Source of the DNA: Acidobacteriota bacterium
GTDB taxonomy: Bacteria > Acidobacteriota > Vicinamibacteria > Vicinamibacterales > 2-12-FULL-66-21
Direction of reading: 5' to 3'
DNA length: 34,979 bases
Assembly: GCA_020200195.1 (NCBI GenBank)
Contig: JAIVJE010000292.1
Coordinates: forward strand, 9,567-44,545
Part shown: piece by piece, positions 28,837 through 34,979 of the stretch
Position numbering within the stretch: the stretch's first letter is position 1
Layout of the letters: the number at the start of each line of letters is the position of its first letter
Made by a program: the position numbers and the translations under genes
The notes under the pieces: model-generated
The model's database searches: none
Told to the model about the DNA's origin: nothing
The model's input: the letters and a program-made list of their open reading frames with translations, nothing else

Positions 28837-31328
28837 TGGTCGCCTTGCCGGCTCGCGCGCGGTTGTACGTCTACGCAGTCATTGCGCTGGGAGGGGTGTT
28901 GCTGTGTCGGTTTTTTCCTCTCGAATCGTTCAGAAAGCCTGGCCTATTCCTGGGGCTCCTGGCGCTTTCGTCGATCACCTCCGTCTTCAAGGTGAATCTG
29001 CCGCTCGCGCGCACCGGCGGATCGACGATGTCAGTCTCGTACGCCGTGGACTTCGCATCACTCCTGCTGCTCGGCCCGAACGAGACGATGCTCGTGGCCG
29101 CAGCCAGCGCGTACAGCCAGTGCACGTTCCGCATCAAGGAACGCAATCCGTTTCATCGCACGCTCTTCAGCATGGCGTGTCTGATCATCACGGTCCAGGC
29201 GGCAGGCACGGTCTATGCGGCGCTCGGCGGCCTTCCCGGACGCGTTGACTTCGGGACGCTGGCCACGCCGCTGGTTGGGGCCGCGACCACGTACTTCGTG
29301 ATCAACACGTTGACCATCGCGACCGCGATCGCCTTGTCCACGCGGCTCTCGATCGTCAAAATCTGGAACGAGAATTTCCTGTGGAGCGCCCCCAGCTATT
29401 TTGTCGGGGCGGGTGCGGCGGCGGTAGCCACGTGGATGGTTGTCGGCCTCTCGGGTCACTGGCTCGCGCTGGCGCCACTCGCGGCGGCGCCGCTGTATCT
29501 GACGTATCGCACCTACAAAGTCTATCTGGGCCGGATCGAGGACGAGCAGCGCCACGTCAGCGAGATGGCGGACCTGCATCTCGCCACGATCGAAGCACTC
29601 GCGCTGGCGATCGACGCGAAGGACCAGACCTCCCAGTCGCACATCCGCCGAGTGCAGCTCTATGCCGCCGAGGTCGCGCGGGCGATGGGGATGTCGGAGA
29701 ACGACATTCAGGGCGTCAAGACCGCGGCTCTGCTCCACGACATCGGGAAGCTTGCGGTGCCGGAACACATCCTGTCGAAGCCCGGACCGCTCACGCCCGA
29801 AGAGTTCCAGAAGATTCGCGCGCATCCGAAAGTCGGCGCCGACATCGTCAGCTCCGTCCCCTTCCCCTATCCGGTAGCTCCGCTGATTCTGAACCATCAC
29901 GAGCGGTGGGACGGCAAGGGCTATCCGGCGGGTCTGCGCGGGAACGACATCCCGCTCGGCGCACGCATTCTGGCCGTTGTCGACTATTTCGACGCGCTGA
30001 TGGCGGACCGCCCGTACCACAAAGCGATGGGATTCGACGCCGCCGTGGGGTTGCTGCAGCAGGAAGCGGGCAAGGGTCTCGATCCCAGCGTTGTGATGAA
30101 ATTCATCGACCTCCTCCCCGCGCTGCAGGCGGATGCGGTCAAGCTCGACCAGAGCATCCGCAAGCCTGCACCAGCTGAAAAGCTGCCCGCCGTCGGCGGG
30201 CCGGCGACCGGGCTCACGCCAGAGCCGAGCAAGAAGAATGTGTTCGACGACATCGCGCTGGCGCATCGGGAGATCTACGCGCTGTATGAAATCGCGCAGG
30301 CGATGGGCACCAGCCTTGGCGTCTCGGACACGATGGCACTGATCACGGCGAAGCTGAGCAACCTCGTTCCGTTCTCCTGCGCCGCGCTCTTCCTGTACGA
30401 CGAAGAAACCGAAATGCTCCGCTGCCGCTTCGCCACCGGCACCGACGCTGACATCGTCCAACAGGTGTCGGTGCAGAGCGGCGAAGGGTTGACGGGGTGG
30501 GTTGCGCGCAACCGCCGGCCGCTCGTGAACGCACGGCCCAGCGCGGACCTCGAGGCCGCCGGGCTGCCGTCGACGACGACGAGCCTGCAGTCGGCGCTGG
30601 TGTGCCCGTTGCTCTTCAACGAGCGGTTCATCGGAACGCTGTCGGTCTACCACGTGGACGCCGCGTTCTACCGCGACGACCACAGGCGTCTGCTCGATCG
30701 CGTGTCCGAGCAGGCGGCCGCCGTCATCAACAACTCGATGCTCTTCGAGCAGACGCAGGAGGATTCGCTGACGGACCCGTTGACGGGGCTCCCGAACACC
30801 CGGTTCCTGTTCATGCACCTCACCCGCGAGCTCGCGCGAGCCGAGCGCCTGAAGTCCGAGATTTCGCTGATGGTCATGGACCTCGATCATTTCAAGGAGA
30901 TCAACGACAGCCACGGTCACCACGTGGGCGATCGCGCGCTGTGCGAGGTCGCGCGCGTGCTCCGCGCTGCCATCCGGCCGTACGATATCTGCGTTCGCTA
31001 CGCCGGCGACGAGTTCATCGTGGTACTGTCCGGATGCGGCGCGGACGAAGCCGAGCAGAAGCGTCAGGAGTTGCAGAACAACATCGACGAGGTGTTCTTC
31101 GAGGCGCGGCCGGGCAAGCGCCTGGCACTGGGCATCAGCGTAGGTACCGCCGTGTTCCCGCAGGATGGTGAATCCTACGAGGCGCTGTTGGCCACGGCCG
31201 ACAGCCGGATGTATCAGGACAAGTCCGGTCGCAAACGCCGCGACAGCGCCCAGCAGATCCCGAGACCGTCCGCGTACCCCGAGCTGAGCGAATTCGACAT
31301 CCAGCGCGCCGTGGCGGGCATCCTTTAG
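28836..31328 (+). CDS. Multi-TM sensor with HD-GYP, GAF and GGDEF domains (c-di-GMP turnover)
   Basis: Hydrophobic N-terminal ~230 aa; LLHDIGK and HHERWDGKGYP; a GAF region; DPLTGLPN and RPYD...YAGDEF. Confidence 0.93.
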   Translation: MVALPARARLYVYAVIALGGVLLCRFFPLESFRKPGLFLGLLALSSITSVFKVNLPLARTGGSTMSVSYAVDFASLLLLGPNETMLVAAASAYSQCTFRIKERNPFHRTLFSMACLIITVQAAGTVYAALGGLPGRVDFGTLATPLVGAATTYFVINTLTIATAIALSTRLSIVKIWNENFLWSAPSYFVGAGAAAVATWMVVGLSGHWLALAPLAAAPLYLTYRTYKVYLGRIEDEQRHVSEMADLHLATIEALALAIDAKDQTSQSHIRRVQLYAAEVARAMGMSENDIQGVKTAALLHDIGKLAVPEHILSKPGPLTPEEFQKIRAHPKVGADIVSSVPFPYPVAPLILNHHERWDGKGYPAGLRGNDIPLGARILAVVDYFDALMADRPYHKAMGFDAAVGLLQQEAGKGLDPSVVMKFIDLLPALQADAVKLDQSIRKPAPAEKLPAVGGPATGLTPEPSKKNVFDDIALAHREIYALYEIAQAMGTSLGVSDTMALITAKLSNLVPFSCAALFLYDEETEMLRCRFATGTDADIVQQVSVQSGEGLTGWVARNRRPLVNARPSADLEAAGLPSTTTSLQSALVCPLLFNERFIGTLSVYHVDAAFYRDDHRRLLDRVSEQAAAVINNSMLFEQTQEDSLTDPLTGLPNTRFLFMHLTRELARAERLKSEISLMVMDLDHFKEINDSHGHHVGDRALCEVARVLRAAIRPYDICVRYAGDEFIVVLSGCGADEAEQKRQELQNNIDEVFFEARPGKRLALGISVGTAVFPQDGESYEALLATADSRMYQDKSGRKRRDSAQQIPRPSAYPELSEFDIQRAVAGIL

Positions 31329-31364
31329 GCCCACAGCAAAGCCCAAAGTCCCAAGCCCGAGTAA

Positions 31365-31591
31365 GATCCCCGCGAGCGTCGGTTCCTCTTTGTCGCCGGC
31401 GGCACCGGGATCGCGCCGCTCCGTTCGATGATCCGCCATGCCCTTCTCACCGGACCCCGACGCGGCTCAACGCACTCATCGATCATCCCGACACGCTCTG
31501 TTTTATCTGCGGGCCTGCATTGATGGTGGCGGAGGTGCCCGCGATGCTGCGGGAACTTGGAGTCGATCGCCGGCGGATCAACGTGGAACAA
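31365..31591 (+). pseudogene. Remnant of an FNR-like FAD/NAD(P)-binding oxidoreductase
   Basis: DPRERRFLFVAGGTGIAPLRSMIRHAL in one frame, then TLCFICGPALMVAEVPAMLRELGVDRRRINVEQ in another; no start codon or FAD-binding domain. Confidence 0.8.
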
Positions 31592-31605
31592 CGGTCAGGC
31601 GGGGC

Positions 31606-31634
31606 GCGGGCCACAGGCTCGTCCCGTGGCCCGC
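31606..31634. terminator. GC-rich hairpin between convergent genes
   Basis: GCGGGCCAC-N11-GTGGCCCGC, a 9-bp stem with no U-tract. Confidence 0.4.
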
Positions 31635-31650
31635 CACCGGCAGGGTACCG

Positions 31651-31959
31651 CTACGGCTGGATCTGCAGCGTTGACTTGACGTCGGTCACGCCGCCGATCT
31701 TGCGCGCAAGAGCGATCGCCCTCGCTTCTTCCTCTTTGCTTTTCACGCGGCCCGACAGCGTCACGACCCCTTTGAAGGTATCGACGTCGATCCGAAGGCC
31801 GCCGACCTGTTCGTCGTTGAGCAGCGAGGTCTTCACACGCGTGGTGATCGTCGCATCGTCAATCGTCTCGCCGACGGACTTGCCGCACGCGGTCAGGAGC
31901 AGCGGCGTCATGAGCGCCACCAGCAGGAGCATGAGCGTGGTGTAGTTGAACTTCTTCAT
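31651..31959 (-). CDS. BON-domain (OsmY-like) lipoprotein
   Basis: Lipobox LTA-C; DDATITTRVK, GVVTLSG and GVTDV motifs; GGAGG RBS. Confidence 0.93.
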   Translation of the reverse strand: MKKFNYTTLMLLLVALMTPLLLTACGKSVGETIDDATITTRVKTSLLNDEQVGGLRIDVDTFKGVVTLSGRVKSKEEEARAIALARKIGGVTDVKSTLQIQP

Positions 31960-32028
31960 CGATACCGCCTCCAGAGCCGAATCCTGCGGACAATCGCGGA
32001 TTACCGTCGCCCTCAGAACGTTTATCGG

Positions 32029-32044
32029 TGCAAGCTACATGCCG
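32029..32044 (-). promoter_or_regulatory. Sigma54 -24/-12 promoter for the BON gene, overlapping the fabI stop
   Basis: Minus strand CGGCATGTAGCTTGCA = GG-N10-GC, about 70 bp upstream of the BON ATG. Confidence 0.6.
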
Positions 32045-32808
32045 GTGGCGTGGTACCCGGCGTCCACCATCAGAACCTCGGCGGTGACTGCGCGCCCTCC
32101 GGGACCAATGAGAAACATTGCCGCGTCAGCGACCTCGGCCGTTTCAACCGTACGCCGCAGCGGCGCTTTGTCACGGTAGTGCTGAAGGATCGTCGAGAAG
32201 CCCGCGATTCCCGACGCCGCAAGTGTCTTGATCGGACCGGCGGAAATCGCGTTGACGCGGATGCCCTTCGGGCCGAGGTCCGCCGCGAGATATCGGACAC
32301 ACGCTTCGAGCGCCGCTTTGGCGACACCCATCACGCCGTAGTTCTGGAAGACGCGCTCGCTTCCAAGATACGTCAGCGTCAGAATGCTTCCGCCGCCCCT
32401 GCGTTCCATCAGCGGCAGTGCGCCGCGCGACAGCGCCACAAGCGAATACGAGCTGATATCGAGCGAGAGACGGAAGCCTTCGCGGCTCGTCTGCACGAAT
32501 GGCCCGGACAGCTCATCGCGCGGAGCGAACGCTGCACCGTGGACGAGAAAATCGAGCCCTCCGAATTCCTGTTCGATCGCGCGGTAAACCGCCGCGATCT
32601 GCGCGTCATCGGTGACGTCACACGGCATGACGAGGGCGTCGGTCAGGCCCGCGGCCAGCTCCCGCACGTTCTCTTCGAGACGCTCGCCCTGGTAGGTGAG
32701 CGCGAGCCGCGCGCCCTGCGATGCCGCGGCTTGCGCGATTGCCCACGCGATCGAACGCTTGTTCGCGACACCGACGATGAGGCCGGTCTTTCCGGTGAGT
32801 TCAGGCAT
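32035..32808 (-). CDS. fabI: Enoyl-ACP reductase
   Basis: GVANKRSIAWAIA, ISSYSL, YGVMGVAKAALE and AISAGPIKTLAA motifs. Confidence 0.96.
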   Translation of the reverse strand: MPELTGKTGLIVGVANKRSIAWAIAQAAASQGARLALTYQGERLEENVRELAAGLTDALVMPCDVTDDAQIAAVYRAIEQEFGGLDFLVHGAAFAPRDELSGPFVQTSREGFRLSLDISSYSLVALSRGALPLMERRGGGSILTLTYLGSERVFQNYGVMGVAKAALEACVRYLAADLGPKGIRVNAISAGPIKTLAASGIAGFSTILQHYRDKAPLRRTVETAEVADAAMFLIGPGGRAVTAEVLMVDAGYHATGM

Positions 32809-32904
32809 GTCGAATGATCTTCAGTTAACGCCTAATCACGAGCCGACGGCTATCACCACGGCCACGAAGTCCGTGTTGAAAACGTGGGCTCGGCCAGTAA
32901 CACC

Positions 32905-33906
32905 TCAGCGCGTTTTCGGTGGGAGCAATCGCTTCGGAAACTTTGCGACCACACTGTAGTTCGGATCGACGACGTTCGCGACGCGCGTGTGCCCGCCCTG
33001 AGACACGACCTGGTACGCGTCTATCCGGTCAAATCCATATTCGTCGACGAGCCATTCGATTAACTCGACCTGCGCAATGCGAAACGCGTCCACGAGCGGA
33101 CGCACGCTCCCGACGACCATGATGTCGTCGGCATCCTCCATGCGGGGCCATCGAATCCGCCGCCCTTTGATGAGGTCGAACTGGAACGTGACGTCCATGG
33201 TCGTTTCGAGACCGGAGCCGCAAATCTCGCCGTCCCCCTGCAGCGCATGTCCGTCGCCGAAATAAAACAGCGCCCCGTCATGGAAGATGGGCAGATAAAC
33301 GACGGTGCCTTCTCGCGCGTCAGACGCATCCATGTTGCCGCCGAAGTTTCCTGGCCAGAGACCGCCGAACTCCTCTTCACCCGCGGGGGCGACGGCGAGG
33401 CGGCCGAGCATCGGCTCGAGCGGCATCTCGATCCGCTTCGCCGCGGATTTCGGCAAGTCGAGGATGCCCACACTGCGCGCGCGATCGAGCTTCCAGATGA
33501 ATCGGCGTGCAGGCAGCGGGTCGTTGAGCATCCGGGTCCGCGAATCGCCAGTGACCGCACTTATGCCCCCCGGATTGACCGCCGAGACTGCCGTGTCGCG
33601 ATTCGGGCGCAGCCGGACGATGCGGACCACCAGCGTGTCGCTGGAGGTCGCCCCGTCGATGTAGAAAGGTCCGACTTCGCCGGGCCACGCCCCGCCGTCG
33701 CGTTCGTAGTAATCACCGGGCTTCGAGAACGTGCGCGTCTCGACAACCGCTCCGGGTGCGACGCGGAGCACGGGCTCGCGAACCGCGAACGTCGGCACAC
33801 CTGCGGTAGGCTCGAATCGGATCGGGGCCGCCGGATTGGGCGGCTGCTGGGCAAGGACGCTGGCGATGGCAGCGGCGAGACAGGCGGCGATCGGGACGGC
33901 CGCCAC
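32905..33906 (-). CDS. Acetamidase/formamidase-family protein; start uncertain
   Basis: GPFYIDGA, FGGNMD and GDGHALQGDGEICGSGLE motifs; hydrophobic leader lacking a basic n-region. Confidence 0.88.
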   Translation of the reverse strand: MAAVPIAACLAAAIASVLAQQPPNPAAPIRFEPTAGVPTFAVREPVLRVAPGAVVETRTFSKPGDYYERDGGAWPGEVGPFYIDGATSSDTLVVRIVRLRPNRDTAVSAVNPGGISAVTGDSRTRMLNDPLPARRFIWKLDRARSVGILDLPKSAAKRIEMPLEPMLGRLAVAPAGEEEFGGLWPGNFGGNMDASDAREGTVVYLPIFHDGALFYFGDGHALQGDGEICGSGLETTMDVTFQFDLIKGRRIRWPRMEDADDIMVVGSVRPLVDAFRIAQVELIEWLVDEYGFDRIDAYQVVSQGGHTRVANVVDPNYSVVAKFPKRLLPPKTR

Positions 33907-34495
33907 GGGGCTTTGTCCGAGGATCGCCGCCTCGGAAGTGCCCGCCCCCGCTGCGTGCGGCCGCCTGCCGGACGGTGAATTCGGGCAGCGGCCGCGCGTC
34001 CTTCTGCCCCTCGATACGAGGCAACTGCGCGCGAATCAACTGCCGATGTACCGGACCTTCTTCCACCTCCGGCGGTCCGGATGCCTCTACGTTGTCGCCG
34101 TCGTGATCATCATCATGCATGTCGTCGCTCGGAGTCGGTGCGCCTGGGCCATCCTCCACCGCGTCTGCGGCTTCGATCTCGATAACGTCTGAAGCGGCAA
34201 TCTCGGTGTCGTCAATGTTGGTGGGAGCGAGAGCGGAGGGCGCTGCAAGGACCGGCACGTTCTCCGCGTCCGGCATGCCCGCCAGAACTTCTTTGTATAA
34301 GCCCGCGGGAGATTCTTTCCTGCGCCGGCGAGGCACTTTCGCACCTTTGTACGCGTGCTCGGCGTCGCACGTCGTACACCGCGTCTGTTTGACGTTTTCT
34401 TCGATCATCGCGACGACGGCGTGATTGGTCACGCGTCGCTCACGCGGACAGTAGTCGTCCAATATGTCACCGAGACGCAGCGGGCGCTGCTCCAT
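33713..34495 (-). CDS. Hypothetical protein with an N-terminal Zn-ribbon-like domain and low-complexity tail; 3' end uncertain
   Basis: GDILDDYCPRE...TNH...RCTTCDAEH; acidic middle; Gly/Arg-rich tail overlapping the next gene by ~190 bp. Confidence 0.75.
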   Translation of the reverse strand: MEQRPLRLGDILDDYCPRERRVTNHAVVAMIEENVKQTRCTTCDAEHAYKGAKVPRRRRKESPAGLYKEVLAGMPDAENVPVLAAPSALAPTNIDDTEIAASDVIEIEAADAVEDGPGAPTPSDDMHDDDHDGDNVEASGPPEVEEGPVHRQLIRAQLPRIEGQKDARPLPEFTVRQAAARSGGGHFRGGDPRTKPRGGRPDRRLSRRCHRQRPCPAAAQSGGPDPIRAYRRCADVRGSRARAPRRTRSGCRDAHVLEAR

Positions 34496-34610
34496 TCACT
34501 TCCCCCGAAATATCCGTGTAAATTGGCTGGAAAAAGGCCGCCAGTGCAGGTGACTTGAGTCTAGCAGAGCACTCCTGCCGGCGCAACAATAACCCCGCAC
34601 GAAACCCCGC

Positions 34611-34979
34611 TCAAGGCTGCCGCAGCCCGGACCGCCCGCGTGCACGGTCGATCCATTCCAGCGCCGCTTCGAGCGGGCGATCGCGTCCCGCCAGCAGGTC
34701 GTCACGGCGCAGCGGCACGATCTCATCGGGTATGACGCCGCGGCCTTCGAGCCGCGTGCCGTCAGCGGTCACGAAGTCGCCGTACGCGTGAATCAGCACG
34801 TCGCCGTTTGGCAAGCGATCGAACAATGCGGGTAGCGCCTGCCCCATGGACGTCTGCCCGAAGACACGGGCGCGCCCGATCGACTGCATCCCTCCAGCAA
34901 AGCACTCGGACGCGCTGCCGGTGAGTGCATCGACCAGAATCGCTACAGGACCGGCGAAGACGCCGACGCGCTCGCCGCG
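34611..34979 (-). CDS. S41-family peptidase, C-terminal part
   Basis: Frame open to the window edge: GPVAILVDALTGSASECFAGGMQSIGRARVFGQTSMG...LEGRGVIPD. Confidence 0.88.
   Translation of the reverse strand, partial: RGERVGVFAGPVAILVDALTGSASECFAGGMQSIGRARVFGQTSMGQALPALFDRLPNGDVLIHAYGDFVTADGTRLEGRGVIPDEIVPLRRDDLLAGRDRPLEAALEWIDRARGRSGLRQP

Overview
High-GC (visually ~65%) bacterial chromosome segment. Gene content and intergenic heptamer repeats suggest Acidobacteriota, probably Vicinamibacteria (inference). From left to right it holds: a SUF Fe-S operon (iscA-like, sufBCDSUT, Rrf2) behind a moeB-rhodanese gene; rmuC, SIMPL, an FGE-domain protein, an aminotransferase and homoserine dehydrogenase; a glutaredoxin-like gene with an in-frame UGA (UxxC) and a SECIS-like hairpin, which the ORF track truncates; a CoA transferase; a degenerate PilT-like protein; a DtxR-controlled metal module (two-domain multicopper oxidase, ZIP transporter, cupredoxin) whose DtxR runs in frame into a signal peptide and beta-barrel-like protein; divergent queD and queC-like genes; a DHS-like, PIN, nagA, DUF4097 run; a sigma54 module (wHTH-containing activator, enhancer-like repeats, -24/-12 promoter, a tiny VWG-ending ORF coupled to a membrane HD-GYP/GAF/GGDEF protein); then a BON lipoprotein, fabI, an acetamidase-family gene and an S41 peptidase fragment. 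Several genes carry abrupt deletions or frameshifts (sufD, moeB, rmuC/SIMPL, an FNR-like remnant), possibly sequencing or assembly artefacts, so apparent fusions need read-level checks. I found no rRNA, tRNA, CRISPR array or transposase. All calls come from reading motifs by eye; no searches were run.
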